Assembly (NCBI GenBank): GCA_963740085.1
Contig: CAVUCU010000005.1
Span: 128,001 to 192,000 of the forward strand
Length of the DNA: 64,000 bases
DNA from: Nitrospirota bacterium
GTDB lineage: Bacteria; Nitrospirota; UBA9217
Reading direction: 5' to 3'
Below the pieces are notes generated by a model. The model ran no database searches. It was not told the DNA's origin and saw nothing but the letters and a program-made list of their open reading frames with translations. The position numbers were made by a program, and so were the translations under genes. Positions 9,835-20,442 of this stretch are shown here, in pieces (the stretch's first letter is position 1; each line of letters begins with the position of its first letter).

Positions 9835-10588
9835 CGGAGCTGCCTACGAAGAAATCGAGCGCTTCAGCGACCCTTCTGATATCTACGCTGGTGTTGAAAC
9901 AGGGTCCGAAGGGACGGTCGTTCAGGATCCCGATCACGGGCAGGGGGTACGCATCCTGGATCCCGCTCGTCAGGTCACGCTCGCAGGCAACTGCAATGAT
10001 GGCTTCCGGCTTTGACTCCGCCACCCTGCGCCGCGCGAGCGTTCCACCCGTGGCCACGGAGAGGTGGACGTTGTATTTCCGGGCCAGCTCCACAAGGTCC
10101 TTGATCTTGCATTTGCCGCAGGCCTGGCATTTGGATACATCACTCGTGACCTTGATCGCGCAGTCGCTGAACTGGAGGCAGTGCGGCATCAGGAGCAGGA
10201 TGCGCTTGGGCCTGTTCTCGGCGTAGCGGGCGCGGACGAGCAGATTATTCACCTCCACGAAGGACTGCTGTACCTTCTCTTTGGACATTCCGAGCAGTTT
10301 CCCCAGCACGATCATGATGGGGAAAAGCACCTCGATCACGATCCCGCGGAGCCGTGCGGCGAAAAATATCTCCTTGCCCCTGACGAGCGTGAGGATCAAC
10401 AATACCACGCCGAGGATCAGGAACCCGAGCGCCCCGCCCATACCGTATAACACGATCGTCGGCGCAAGCGGATGGATGTTCCTGAGCCCCACATAAGGGA
10501 TCAGATAGATCACTACAGCAACCGCGGTAATGAACAAGACCGTGAAGACAATGAGGCCGATGAATATTCTTTTTTTGGGTTCGGACAT
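9815..10588 (-). CDS. DUF116 family membrane protein, Cys-rich
   Basis: Two to three N-terminal hydrophobic helices; PHCLQ..C..CQACGKC..ATGGT..AVACERDL..GPC; typical position between fmt and rsmB. Confidence 0.85.
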   Translation of the reverse strand: MSEPKKRIFIGLIVFTVLFITAVAVVIYLIPYVGLRNIHPLAPTIVLYGMGGALGFLILGVVLLILTLVRGKEIFFAARLRGIVIEVLFPIMIVLGKLLGMSKEKVQQSFVEVNNLLVRARYAENRPKRILLLMPHCLQFSDCAIKVTSDVSKCQACGKCKIKDLVELARKYNVHLSVATGGTLARRRVAESKPEAIIAVACERDLTSGIQDAYPLPVIGILNDRPFGPCFNTSVDIRRVAEALDFFVGSSGEPRAA

Positions 10589-10602
10589 GGTTTTAGAAAG
10601 TC

Positions 10603-10712
10603 AATGCAAAAGTCAAATTGCAAACCATGCAAATTTAAACAATTGAGGGATCAAGACAACTGGATTATTCTAAGGGTTTAAACGTTTTGGATATTTGCAT
10701 TCATTTAGCATT
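10603..10712. repeat. Degenerate heptamer-periodic inverted repeat
   Basis: AATGCAA AAGTCAA ATTGCAA ... TTTGCAT ..TTAGCAT; overlaps the fmt stop codon. Confidence 0.5.
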
Positions 10713-11645
10713 TAATACCGTGCTTCGAATTTCTTTCCACGCAATCCCCCGGTGTCCCCGCATGAACTCACCCGCGGTCATGGGCCTTTTCCCCTCGGGT
10801 TGAATGCTTAGTATGCGGAGCAGGCCGCTGCCGGTTCCTGCCACCAGGGTACTCTTGTCCCTTTCGTACAACAAACCCGGCTCGCCGGTCCCGTCAAGGA
10901 CCCCGGTTGCGATGATCTTGACCATCTTCTTGTCCAGAGAGGAGTATGCGCCAGGCCAGGGAGAAAGTCCCCGAACTCGGTTGTGGATCTCCCGGGCGGA
11001 AAGGTCCCAGTCGATGAGACCGTCTCCTTTTTTAAGGAGGGGCGCCATGGTGGCTTTCGTTCCGTCCTGGGCAACCGGAGTAAGTTTTCCTGACGCGAGA
11101 AGCGGCAATGCAGTTATGATGAGTTTCGCGCCGAGCGATGCAAGCTGTTCCTTCAGCGCCCCCGCAGTGTCTTCCGGGCCGATGGGGATGCTCTCCTGAG
11201 TCAGGATCGCGCCCGTGTCCATGCCTTCGTCCATAAGCATGATGGTAATTCCGGTCTTCTGCTCGCCGCGGATGACCGCCCAGTTGATGGGTGCGGCGCC
11301 CCGGTACGCGGGCAGAAGCGAAGCATGGATATTGATGCAGCCGAATTTCGGGAGCATCAGGATGTCTTTCGGAAGTATCTGTCCGTACGCTGCCACTACG
11401 ATCGCCTCGGGGTCCATCTTCCGGAGAACTCCGATGAACTCCGGGTCCCTCACACGCTTGGGCTGAAATACCGCGAGCCTCAGTTCCTCGGCAGCAAGCT
11501 TGACCGGTGGGGCGGCAAGGGTCCGGCCGCGGCCCGCCGGCTTGTCGGTACGCGTGACCACACCGGCAATATCGTGTCCTGCTGCGACCAGGGCGCGGAG
11601 CGGCTCAACGGCGAATTGCGGCGTTCCCATGTAGACGAGTCTCAT
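10701..11645 (-). CDS. fmt: Methionyl-tRNA formyltransferase
   Basis: MGTPQFA, VVAAYGQILP, NIHASLLPAYRGAAPI. Confidence 0.97.
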   Translation of the reverse strand: MRLVYMGTPQFAVEPLRALVAAGHDIAGVVTRTDKPAGRGRTLAAPPVKLAAEELRLAVFQPKRVRDPEFIGVLRKMDPEAIVVAAYGQILPKDILMLPKFGCINIHASLLPAYRGAAPINWAVIRGEQKTGITIMLMDEGMDTGAILTQESIPIGPEDTAGALKEQLASLGAKLIITALPLLASGKLTPVAQDGTKATMAPLLKKGDGLIDWDLSAREIHNRVRGLSPWPGAYSSLDKKMVKIIATGVLDGTGEPGLLYERDKSTLVAGTGSGLLRILSIQPEGKRPMTAGEFMRGHRGIAWKEIRSTVLNAK

Positions 11646-11649
11646 AACA

Positions 11650-11768
11650 AACTCCAGGTCCAAAGCACCAAATGACAAATAATAACCAAGCACCAAATGC
11701 CAAACGTTTGATTATTGCAATTCGGTTATTGGTATTTATTTGGAACTTGGGAGTTGTAATTTGGAGCC
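11650..11768. repeat. Heptamer-periodic intergenic inverted repeat
   Basis: AAGCACC AAATGAC..AAGCACC AAATGCC AAAC / GGTATTT..GGAACTT GGGAGTT GTAATTT. Confidence 0.7.
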
Positions 11769-11778
11769 TGCTAAAGAG

Positions 11779-12300
11779 CTACTTCTCCATCAGCATCTTC
11801 TTGAGCCTTCGCTTGAAAAGACTCTTCTTAAGCGAACTTAATCTGTCCACGAACAACAGGCCGTTCAGATGGTCGATCTCGTGCTGAAGGGCCTTGGCCA
11901 TGAGGCCTTCAGCCTCAAGCTCGAACTGCTTGCCCGTCCTGTCCTGAGCCCGGACCTTGACCCGTGCTGCGCGCTTGACCTTCTCCGCATAGTCCGGGAT
12001 GCTGAGGCAGCCTTCTTCTTCAACGACCGACCCCTCCATGGAAAGTATCTCGGGATTGATGATGATGAGAAGCGGGTGACGCTGTTCTTCGTCTTCCCGC
12101 GAGCTCAAGTCGATCACTGCCAGCTGGAGTGGCACTCCCACCTGGTTTGCCGCCAGCCCGACGCCGGGAGCTGCGCGCATGGTCGCCACCATATCCTCGA
12201 TCAAACGGTCAAGGGTGCTGTCGATGCGCTCTACGCGGGAAGTTTTATTCCGGAGCACAGGGTCCGGATAAGTGCGAATTTCACGGAGTGCCATAGTCAT
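11779..12300 (-). CDS. def: Peptide deformylase
   Basis: GVGLAANQVG, EEEGCLS, QHEIDHLNG; start 12300 or 12294. Confidence 0.97.
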   Translation of the reverse strand: MTMALREIRTYPDPVLRNKTSRVERIDSTLDRLIEDMVATMRAAPGVGLAANQVGVPLQLAVIDLSSREDEEQRHPLLIIINPEILSMEGSVVEEEGCLSIPDYAEKVKRAARVKVRAQDRTGKQFELEAEGLMAKALQHEIDHLNGLLFVDRLSSLKKSLFKRRLKKMLMEK

Positions 12301-12521
12301 TCATATGTAACATGATTTATTTTATAAATCAAGGCATAAGATGAATAAGTTCATGCACGGGCAATGCCTGATCTGCCGGTGGTGCAGAACAAGGAATTCA
12401 ATGACTTCTCTGGGAATCACGGAAAAGCTTTGTGGCACTCAACCCCCCGCGCTCACCTGTTCCCGGCACGCGCTGTCCGTGATTCACTCCCTATTTCTCC
12501 CACCCTTCCCGGGGTTTTGCC

Positions 12522-12550
12522 TTGCAATAGCAACATCACCATGATATAAC
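12522..12550 (+). promoter_or_regulatory. sigma70 promoter (extended -10) of the DUF2301-like gene
   Basis: TTGCAA-17 nt-TATAAC with TGn; ATG starts 5 nt later. Confidence 0.6.
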
Positions 12551-12555
12551 CCTGC

Positions 12556-13176
12556 ATGTCAACGGAACCTCATCTTGAAGAACAGATCGCCATGGCGGGT
12601 CTCACCTATGGCCGGCGGCACGATATAGCCTACCGGACCGGCCTCGTGATTCAAGTCCTGGGCGCCGCGCTTCTTGCCGTGCTTTATCCCCTGGAAAACC
12701 CGTTCTACACCGTAGGGATCATGTTGTTTGAAGCCGGTGTGTTCCTCTCTGCCATCTGCCTTCTCGTCTGGATGAGAACGGTTAAAATCTTTATTCTCGT
12801 CACCATCATCGTCGGGCTGGCGCTTCAGGTGGCCGGGGTTTTCTTTGCGCCGGAGCACTACGCCGGGTCGGTCATAATCGTCGGGATCGGCTTTGTTTGT
12901 ATCGGAGCTGCTGGAATGGTCGGCAAAGAGGCTTATTGTTTCGGCTACAGGGAAGGCTGGTTGCTCGCCCTGATCGGATTCCCCATCATGGTTTTGGCGA
13001 ACCTGATGGGCAGGGAAAACATCATCTTCAACTCCCTGGGGTTTTCGGTTCTGTTTCTTCTCTTGCTCTCCCTCACCGGTAAGAAACTGAAGCAGCGGCT
13101 GCTGTCACCCTGCCCTGTGAATGTCTGCAGGGCATCAAAAAAAGAACAGGCATCAGACCATCAGGTTACGGACTGA
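12556..13176 (+). CDS. Integral membrane protein, DUF2301-like
   Basis: About 6 TM segments; KEAYCFGYREG resembles the DUF2301 KExxCF motif. Confidence 0.7.
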   Translation: MSTEPHLEEQIAMAGLTYGRRHDIAYRTGLVIQVLGAALLAVLYPLENPFYTVGIMLFEAGVFLSAICLLVWMRTVKIFILVTIIVGLALQVAGVFFAPEHYAGSVIIVGIGFVCIGAAGMVGKEAYCFGYREGWLLALIGFPIMVLANLMGRENIIFNSLGFSVLFLLLLSLTGKKLKQRLLSPCPVNVCRASKKEQASDHQVTD

Positions 13177-13378
13177 AACAAAAAAGGGGGTTGTTTGGAA
13201 CACCATGTTCCGGTCCTTTCCATCGAGGAAAATGATGCCTGTGGTAAAGCAGTAAAGCAGATTGCCCAGGTGGACCAGCCTGTCATCGCGTCGGTTGTCC
13301 GGTTCCGATGCGCGAGTCAGTTGCCTGATCCCGTTGCCGAGCGAGCAGCCCGGGGTTGGTCTGACAATCCGCACGAGA

Positions 13379-14923
13379 TCAAATGCTGTCCTGCCCGTGT
13401 GGGGCTTCTTTGACATTGTTGTCCGTATTGTCCGTTCCGGCCGCGTGCTGGTGATAGGAATGCATCCCCAGCTTGAGCAGCCCCTTCTCGATAAGCCGTC
13501 TTGCAGATTCGGCCACGCTCGGATCAAACTGCCCCCCCGCTTCCCGCTCCAACTCGAGCAAAACATCCTGGATAGATATCCTGCCGCGGTAGGGCCGCTC
13601 GGAGATCATGGCGTCGATCGTGTCCGCAACATTAAGTATCCGCGCCGCGAGTGTGATCTCTTCACCCGCGAGGCCCCGGGGGTATCCTTTCCCATCGAAG
13701 CGTTCATGGTGCTGATAGATGGCATCGATGATGGTTGATGAAAATCCGATCGGTTCAAGGATCCTGATTCCGTGCGCCGGATGGTCCTTCATGATGTCGA
13801 ACTCTTCCCGACTCAGGCTCGCCGGTTTGCTGATGATCATTTCGCTGATCCCGATCTTGCCCATGTCGTGGAGGATGGCCGCAATGTGGATATCTTCGAG
13901 TTGGTGAGGTTTCATCCCCAAGTCCCGCGCGAATGCCACTGCGTATTTTGCCACGTTGGTGGAGTGCCACCGGGTGTAGGGGTCCTTTGCCTCTACGGCG
14001 GCCACGAGCGCCTGGATCGTGCGGAAATAGTTCTCGCGCAGGTTCTCATAGAGCGCAGCATTCTCCAAGGCCGTCGCCACCTGGGTGGACAGGATCAATG
14101 CGATCTGGAGGTCGCTCGTGGAAAATGGCAAACCCGATAATCTGCTCACATTGAGAACGCCGAACACCTTGTTCTTTCCGATGAGAGGAACCGACATGGA
14201 AGAGGACGGCATGTTCTCTAAATTAATGGCTGCTCTCACTTCCGGGTCGGGATGTTTCCCCGCCGTTATGATCAGCGGTTCCCGACGCTTCAGGACCAGC
14301 CCGGATACGCCTTCTCCCACCTTGCGGCGTGTTTTCAGGGCCTCTTCTGAAGTAATGCCGTGGGAAGCGCGAATCAACAGCGTTTCGCTGGCCTCATCGA
14401 TCAGCATTAAAGAAACACGGTCCACCGAGAATTCCTGCACGAGCACCTTGGTGATGATTTTGAACAGGTGGGTGAGGTCGATCTCGGTCACGAGCAGTTT
14501 GCTGATCTCGAACAGCGGAATAAGTGCCTTGAGCCTGATATTCTCTTTTTTAAGCCTGCTGCTGTTGATCGCCCGGTCCACTGCCCCCAGCAATTCCTCT
14601 TGGGTGAAGGGTTTGAGTACAAATCCATCCACACCCCGCGTAAGGGACTCAATCGCCGTGTCGAGTGTGCCATGCCCGGTGATAAAAATCGTCACCAGGT
14701 CCTGTTTCCGCGCCTTGACCCGTTCAAAGAGTTCAAGGCCGTCAATTTCCGGCATCCTGATATCCGTGATCAGCAGATCGGTGGCCGAGCGGCTGAGTTC
14801 TTCCAACGCCGCGGCGCCATTCGAGGCAGTGGTCACCTGGTACCCCTCAGCTGATAGAAGGTGGAAGCACAGGTCTCTGATCATCCCCTCATCATCAACA
14901 ACGAGTATCCTTTCACCAGCCAT
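13379..14923 (-). CDS. Response regulator with GAF and HD-GYP (c-di-GMP phosphodiesterase) domains
   Basis: REC (VVDDE, ITDIRMP, KPF), GAF (GEGVSG, SVPL), EAKDPYT, LHDMGKI, HHERFDGKGYP. Confidence 0.93.
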   Translation of the reverse strand: MAGERILVVDDEGMIRDLCFHLLSAEGYQVTTASNGAAALEELSRSATDLLITDIRMPEIDGLELFERVKARKQDLVTIFITGHGTLDTAIESLTRGVDGFVLKPFTQEELLGAVDRAINSSRLKKENIRLKALIPLFEISKLLVTEIDLTHLFKIITKVLVQEFSVDRVSLMLIDEASETLLIRASHGITSEEALKTRRKVGEGVSGLVLKRREPLIITAGKHPDPEVRAAINLENMPSSSMSVPLIGKNKVFGVLNVSRLSGLPFSTSDLQIALILSTQVATALENAALYENLRENYFRTIQALVAAVEAKDPYTRWHSTNVAKYAVAFARDLGMKPHQLEDIHIAAILHDMGKIGISEMIISKPASLSREEFDIMKDHPAHGIRILEPIGFSSTIIDAIYQHHERFDGKGYPRGLAGEEITLAARILNVADTIDAMISERPYRGRISIQDVLLELEREAGGQFDPSVAESARRLIEKGLLKLGMHSYHQHAAGTDNTDNNVKEAPHGQDSI

Positions 14924-15101
14924 AATCCTGACTCCTCGCTCAATACCGATCAATGACAAAAAAACTGGATATCCGAATGGTTTTGCTGCTCATTTCAATA
15001 AAGCGGGGCACATTGAACCATCTTTCACCCTTCCTCAATGCACTCTGAGTCAAGCGCTATCCTTCGGTAACTCACCATATGCCCTCATTTCACCGATACT
15101 A

Positions 15102-15755
15102 CTATGCCATCACCGGCTTTTGGTATGCGGGAAGGAATCCCCTGGAAACAGTTCCCTTTCCGGGCTTGCTCTCCGCCTCAATCCTGCCGAAATGATTGCG
15201 CACAATCCGATAACCGATTGAAAGCCCGAGGCCGGTTCCGTTTCCCTCGTCCTTCGTCGAAAAGAATGGTTCGAATATTTTATGTGGATTGCAGGCGAGA
15301 GGGACCTGATCGCGCGTCGTGCCATTCACGGAAGGAAGAGAGTAAAAAAAGGACCTGCCGCTGAAAAATACTTCTGTGTCCGTACTGCCGACAGGCAATT
15401 CGCAGGTATGGCTGTAGATTAACAGGTACTGCAGGGCACTGCCGGAGAGCGACTCTTCACTCGTCATAAAGGGAAACGGTACTTTTAGAGCGAGCGCTTT
15501 CTGGTTGCCGGTGATGATATCATCTGTCGCAAGCGCCGCCAGTTCTCTCGCCACATGGAGGGCTCTGTTTTTGATCTCGGTTTCAAGGGCCTTCCTTCCT
15601 TCCAGGTAAAAGAACACCCCTACAAGCAAAGCGACCGGGACAAGGGCCGCTGTCAGGGACAGGGAGACCCTCAGCCCGATTCCGCCCCGCCGCCAAAAAG
15701 CCGCGTTACGCATCCGCGCAACAACCGCAGAGATTATTCTTGTTCCATCCGCCAT
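15102..15755 (-). pseudogene. Internally deleted membrane sensor histidine kinase
   Basis: One TM helix plus the start of a sensor domain joined in frame to the last ~55 aa of HATPase_c ([20 protein letters not shown]); no H-box or N-box. Confidence 0.75.
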
Positions 15756-15816
15756 AGATTTTCAGCAACGCGTGCGGGTTTATCTTAGCATAAACATGCT
15801 TTTGTGTAAATGCAAT

Positions 15817-15848
15817 AAAAAAGGCAAGGGTTTTACCCTTGCCTTTTT
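15817..15848. terminator. Terminator of the alpha operon (bidirectional form)
   Basis: A6-GGCAAGGG-tttta-CCCTTGCC-T5. Confidence 0.85.
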
Positions 15849-15945
15849 GTTCCTGGTTGATCGCCGTATCCAACCGGCGCTGAGCCCTGCCGCCGGCAGC
15901 ACGCGAGGTGTGATCTCTCACGGTCTGTTTGGATGCGCCCTCTGT

Positions 15946-16368
15946 TTACGAGGTGACAGTCTTTTCCGGTTTCTTCTTGCCTGTTTTCTTCGCTTCCCCG
16001 GCCTCTTGCTTGTGCCGCTCTACTAGTTCAATAACAGCCATGGGTGCGGCATCGCCGGACCGGGTGCGGGTCATCACGATTCTCGTGTATCCGCCGTTCC
16101 GGGAGGCAAAACGCGGCGCGATCTGAGCGAACAATCCGCTCACCACGGCCTCGTCATGAATAAAACTGAGTGCCAGACGCCGGGCGTGCAGATCTCCGCG
16201 CTTACCAAGGGTGATCATTTTTTCAGTTAGTGGACGCATTTCCTTGGCTTTCGCGACCGTCGTTTCGATCTTTTCATTCTTAAGCAGTGAGGTAACGAGC
16301 ATCCTGAGGAGTGCCTTTCGGTGACTCGTATCTCTCCCAAATTGCCTGCCTGCGCATCCATGTCTCAT
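15946..16368 (-). CDS. rplQ: 50S ribosomal protein L17
   Basis: [32 protein letters not shown]. Confidence 0.97.
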   Translation of the reverse strand: MRHGCAGRQFGRDTSHRKALLRMLVTSLLKNEKIETTVAKAKEMRPLTEKMITLGKRGDLHARRLALSFIHDEAVVSGLFAQIAPRFASRNGGYTRIVMTRTRSGDAAPMAVIELVERHKQEAGEAKKTGKKKPEKTVTS

Positions 16369-16393
16369 ATCGCTATCCTTGCCAACTAGATTT

Positions 16394-17416
16394 TTACGCT
16401 TCGCTCGGTTTTTCCGCGAGAAGCCGCCTGGCCTCCGCCACAATTTTATCGTCCACCTTCAGCCCGAGGCCAAGCCCCATCTCGGAGAGAATCTCCTTTA
16501 TTTCGTTGAGTGATTTTCTGCCGAAATTTTTGGTCTTGAGCATCTCGCTCTCGGTCTTCTGCACCATCTCCGCGATCGTCTCTATTCCCGCATTCTTCAG
16601 GCAGTTCGCCGCCCGCACCGAAAGCTCCAACTCGTTCACACTGCGAAGAAGGTTTTCATTGAACGATGGAGCCTTTTTGATCTCTTCTCCCGTCACCGGG
16701 GATTCTTCCTCTTCCTCGGGAAGATGGATAAAGATGGACAAATGGTCCTTGAGCAGCTTCGAGGCATGCGCAATGGCGTCATCAGGCCGGATACTACCGT
16801 CGGTCCAGACCTCGAGCACAAGCTTGTCGTAGTCCGTTTCCTGCCCTACGCGAGCGTTTTCCACTTTGAAATTTACTTTGCGAATCGGGGAAAATATGGA
16901 GTCAATAGGGATAACGCCGATCGACTGTCCCGGCTCTTTATTTTTATCCGAGGAGACATATCCCCTGCCGCGGCGAGCTCGCATTTCCAGTTCGAGCTTT
17001 CCGTTCTTGTCGATCGTTGCCAGATGAAGGTCCGGATTCAAAATCTCCACTTCTGCGTCTGCCTCGATGTCCTTTGCCGTGACCTCTCCCGGACCCTTTG
17101 CCTTCAAAGAAAGCGTCTTAGGCTTGTCAGTATGAAGTTTAAGTCTGATCTCCTTGAGGTTGAGGATCAGGTCCGTGGTATCTTCGACAACGCCCGGGAT
17201 ACTCGAAAACTCGTGCTGCACGCCGGAGATTTTTAACGATGTGATCGCCGAGCCCTCCAGAGATGAAAGAAGAACACGGCGCAAAGAATTGCCCAGTGTT
17301 GTCCCAAAACCCCGCTCCAGCGGCTCCGCTGTGAATTTCCCGTACGTATCGGTAATTTTTTTTGGCTCATATTGAAGTTTTTTCGGCATCTGAAAATCTT
17401 TTGCTTTTTTGAGCAT
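16394..17416 (-). CDS. rpoA: RNA polymerase alpha subunit
   Basis: [22 protein letters not shown]; [11 protein letters not shown]. Confidence 0.98.
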   Translation of the reverse strand: MLKKAKDFQMPKKLQYEPKKITDTYGKFTAEPLERGFGTTLGNSLRRVLLSSLEGSAITSLKISGVQHEFSSIPGVVEDTTDLILNLKEIRLKLHTDKPKTLSLKAKGPGEVTAKDIEADAEVEILNPDLHLATIDKNGKLELEMRARRGRGYVSSDKNKEPGQSIGVIPIDSIFSPIRKVNFKVENARVGQETDYDKLVLEVWTDGSIRPDDAIAHASKLLKDHLSIFIHLPEEEEESPVTGEEIKKAPSFNENLLRSVNELELSVRAANCLKNAGIETIAEMVQKTESEMLKTKNFGRKSLNEIKEILSEMGLGLGLKVDDKIVAEARRLLAEKPSEA

Positions 17417-17537
17417 TGTTCCTCCATAACGGAGTGAAAAAAACTGTCATAGGACTTATCAACGCGAGCGCACGCCTCTGAAAGAAACACGGCGACTCCC
17501 TGTAGTCCTCAGAATATTTTCACCTTTGGCAGTGACG

Positions 17538-18167
17538 TTACTTCGAATAGAGTTCGACCACAAGCTGTTCTTTTACCGTGGGCATCGTCGATTCATCTCT
17601 GGCCGGCAGTGCCAGCACTTTACCCTTAAAAAGCACTTTGTCGATCTCAAGCCAGGTCGGGAAACCCCGTTTCTCAAGTGCGGTGAGGGTCTGCTGAATC
17701 TGCGCAATACCCCGGCTCTTTTCACGCAACTCCACTATGTCTCCGGCCTTAAGCAGGTAGGAAGGGATGTTCACCTTCTTGCCATTCACGAGCATATGTC
17801 CGTGCCGTACGAGCTGCCGAGCTTCCTTCTTGGAGCCGGCAAAACCCATCCGTTGAACAACGTTATCAAACCTTCTTTCAAGGAGTTGCAGCAGGTTGTC
17901 GCCTGTAATGCCCTTCATCCGCTCAGCCTTTTCAAAATAACCGCGGAACTGACGCTCCAGCACTCCGTAAACGCGCCGAATTTTCTGTTTTTCTCGGAGC
18001 TGTATGCAATATTCAGACTGTTTAATTCTTCCCTGGCCATGCTGTCCCGGCGGGTAGCTTCTTCTGGTGACTCCGCACTTATCCGTGTAGCAGCGCTCAG
18101 CCTTAAGAAAGAGCTTCATCCCCTCTCTCCTGCAAAGCTTGCAAACTGATCCTATATACCGTGCCAC
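17538..18167 (-). CDS. rpsD: 30S ribosomal protein S4 (Cys/Zn type)
   Basis: [29 protein letters not shown]; GTG start with GGAGG. Confidence 0.98.
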   Translation of the reverse strand: MARYIGSVCKLCRREGMKLFLKAERCYTDKCGVTRRSYPPGQHGQGRIKQSEYCIQLREKQKIRRVYGVLERQFRGYFEKAERMKGITGDNLLQLLERRFDNVVQRMGFAGSKKEARQLVRHGHMLVNGKKVNIPSYLLKAGDIVELREKSRGIAQIQQTLTALEKRGFPTWLEIDKVLFKGKVLALPARDESTMPTVKEQLVVELYSK

Positions 18168-18199
18168 GTGATTCCTCCATGCCTCGCGTTGCGCGAGGA

Positions 18200-18290
18200 T
18201 TGTAAAGTGAAAATTGCGAATGTGATGTTTTGGTCAGAAAAAGGGCTTAGCGTTTTCTGCATTACTTTTCCCTCTTTCAATTTGCTGTTC
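18200..18290. repeat. Degenerate heptamer-periodic inverted repeat between rpsK and rpsD
   Basis: TGTAAAG TGAAAAT TGCGAAT ... CTGCATT..CCCTCTT TCAATTT GC. Confidence 0.5.
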
Positions 18291-18309
18291 GAGATTCGCA
18301 AAACACCGC

Positions 18310-18684
18310 TTAAACCCGTCTCCGTTTCGGCGGCCTGCACCCGTTATGCGGGATCGGGGTTACGTCCTTGATCGCCACGATCTCGAGACCCGCGGCCTGA
18401 ATCGCCCTGATTGCTGATTCCCTGCCTGTACCCGGACCCTTGACGTATACCTCAACCTGCCTCATGCCGTTTTCCATCGCCTTCTTGGCGGCCGCCTCTG
18501 CAGCCAGCTGTGAAGCGAAGGGAGTGCTCTTTCTCGAACCTTTAAACCCCTTGCTGCCTGAGCTCGACCAGGTGATTACGTTCCCGGAGGTATCGGTAAT
18601 TGTAACAATCGTGTTGTTAAAGGAAGCGTGGATATGGGCTACGCCATTCGCCACATTCTTTTTTTCTTTACCCTTCTTTGCCAT
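18310..18684 (-). CDS. rpsK: 30S ribosomal protein S11
   Basis: [30 protein letters not shown]. Confidence 0.98.
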   Translation of the reverse strand: MAKKGKEKKNVANGVAHIHASFNNTIVTITDTSGNVITWSSSGSKGFKGSRKSTPFASQLAAEAAAKKAMENGMRQVEVYVKGPGTGRESAIRAIQAAGLEIVAIKDVTPIPHNGCRPPKRRRV

Positions 18685-18751
18685 CTGCTCTCCAATGCGC
18701 TTGATATCGCCCTTGTCATGATAGTTCACACCGGGACGACGTGATCTCTTG

Positions 18752-19144
18752 TTACTTCTTCAACAGGCCCTTTTTCTTTCCCTTACCTGACATCGCTGAC
18801 TTTTTGGGTCCCTTTCGCGTCCGGGCATTGGTCTTTGTCCGCTGCCCCCTCACCGGCAATCCCCTGCGGTGTCTCAATCCGCGATAACTGCCGATGTCCA
18901 TCAATCGCTTGATGTGCATCGTCACATCTCTGCGGAGATCCCCCTCCACCGTGTAGTCCCGGTCAAGGATTGTTCTGATCTTCACAATGTCCGATTCCGT
19001 AAGATTATTGCTTTTTGTATTCGGATCGATACCTGCCTCGGAGAGGATCTTCTTTGCAGAAGTCGGACCTATTCCGAAAATATAGGTAAGCGAGATCCCT
19101 ATTTTTTTATCTTTTGGTAAATCTACTCCGGCAATTCGTGCCAC
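18752..19144 (-). CDS. rpsM: 30S ribosomal protein S13
   Basis: [28 protein letters not shown]. Confidence 0.98.
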   Translation of the reverse strand: MARIAGVDLPKDKKIGISLTYIFGIGPTSAKKILSEAGIDPNTKSNNLTESDIVKIRTILDRDYTVEGDLRRDVTMHIKRLMDIGSYRGLRHRRGLPVRGQRTKTNARTRKGPKKSAMSGKGKKKGLLKK

Positions 19145-19174
19145 GGTTCCTCCTCAAACGAACGATACGCCTTT

Positions 19175-19257
19175 ATGACAGACGATGGACAGCCGCTTCG
19201 TTAAGACGATGGGATCATGTAACTTGCGCCTTTTCGTCCTTCGTCCATCGTCTCACG
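19175..19257. repeat. GC-rich heptamer hairpin (GACGATG/TCGTCCN family)
   Basis: GACGATG GAC..GACGATGG ... TCGTCCT TCGTCCA TCGTCTC. Confidence 0.7.
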
Positions 19258-19277
19258 AGTAATGACCTTGCGGTCTT

Positions 19278-19391
19278 CTATCCCTGCCGCTGCTTGTGGC
19301 GCGCGTTTTCACAGATGACGCGTACGATTCCCTTGCGGCGGATAACCGTACACTTGGGACAAATTTTTCGAACTGATGAGCGAACTTTCAT
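19278..19391 (-). CDS. rpmJ: 50S ribosomal protein L36
   Basis: Manual translation [37 protein letters not shown]. Confidence 0.97.
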   Translation of the reverse strand: MKVRSSVRKICPKCTVIRRKGIVRVICENARHKQRQG

Positions 19392-19451
19392 ATTCTGTTA
19401 CTTCCATTCTTTTTCAAATGATATTCGTGCCAAACGCAACCTATTGAGATC

Positions 19452-19670
19452 CTATTTGAACCGGTAGGTGATTCTGCCTCTGGTCAGGTCATAGGGTGTG
19501 AGCTCCACGGTCACCTTGTCGCCGGGGAGTATTTTTATAAAGTGCATTCGCATCTTGCCCGATATGTGCGCCAATATTTTATGACCGTTCTCCATCTCAA
19601 CCCGGAACATGGCATTGGGAAGTGTTTCCAGCACCGTGCCCTGAACCTCTATAGAATCTTCTTTTGCCAT
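19452..19670 (-). CDS. infA: Translation initiation factor IF-1
   Basis: [30 protein letters not shown]. Confidence 0.98.
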   Translation of the reverse strand: MAKEDSIEVQGTVLETLPNAMFRVEMENGHKILAHISGKMRMHFIKILPGDKVTVELTPYDLTRGRITYRFK

Positions 19671-19677
19671 ATCCTCA

Positions 19678-20427
19678 CTATTTTTTCGTCAGTATCCAGG
19701 GCCCATCAGGCATTACGGCTATCGTATGTTCAAAATGAGCCGACAGGCTTCCATCAGCGGTAACGGCCGTCCAATTATCTGCCTTAACGATCGTCTCGCT
19801 GCCACCGACATTTACCATCGGCTCGATCGCCAGAACCATCCCCGCTTTCAGCCTCGGGCCCTGTCCTGAAGCACCGAAATTCGGGAGTTGCGGGTCCTCA
19901 TGCAGGTTTCTTCCAATCCCATGTCCGACAAATTCCCGCACCACCGAGTATCCATTCGATTCCACATGCTTTTGTACGGCATGTGAAATATCGTATAACC
20001 GGTTACCTGCGTGTGCCTGAGCTATCCCGCGGAGAAGCGATTCCTCGGTAACCCTCATCAGGCGTTCAGCCTCAGGTGTTATAGTACCAACCGGCACTGT
20101 AATTGCCGCATCGCCGTAGAACCCGTCAACGATCGTTCCTACGTCAATGCTGATGATATCGCCCTGCTTGAGAACAGCACCCTTTGAGGGAATGCCGTGA
20201 ATAACCTCATTGTTCACTGAAGTACAAAGCGTCTTTGGATATCCCCGGTACCCTTTGAACGCCGGCTTGGCTCCCGCAGCTATAATGAACCGTTCAGCGA
20301 ATTCATCCAGCGCTTGCGTCGTGACACCCGGCCGAACCACTCCGCGAATGCCTTCCAGGACATCCGCGACAATCAAACAGGCTTTCCGAATCTTCTCGAT
20401 CTCCTGAAGGGACTTGAGAATGATCAT
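19678..20427 (-). CDS. map: Methionine aminopeptidase type I
   Basis: [31 protein letters not shown]. Confidence 0.97.
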   Translation of the reverse strand: MIILKSLQEIEKIRKACLIVADVLEGIRGVVRPGVTTQALDEFAERFIIAAGAKPAFKGYRGYPKTLCTSVNNEVIHGIPSKGAVLKQGDIISIDVGTIVDGFYGDAAITVPVGTITPEAERLMRVTEESLLRGIAQAHAGNRLYDISHAVQKHVESNGYSVVREFVGHGIGRNLHEDPQLPNFGASGQGPRLKAGMVLAIEPMVNVGGSETIVKADNWTAVTADGSLSAHFEHTIAVMPDGPWILTKK

Positions 20428-20442
20428 GATGCTTCCCCGATG

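Noticed and set aside
14085-15221. 378-aa plus-strand ORF
   Set aside because: Antisense to the HD-GYP gene; Ser/Arg-rich composition typical of shadow frames.
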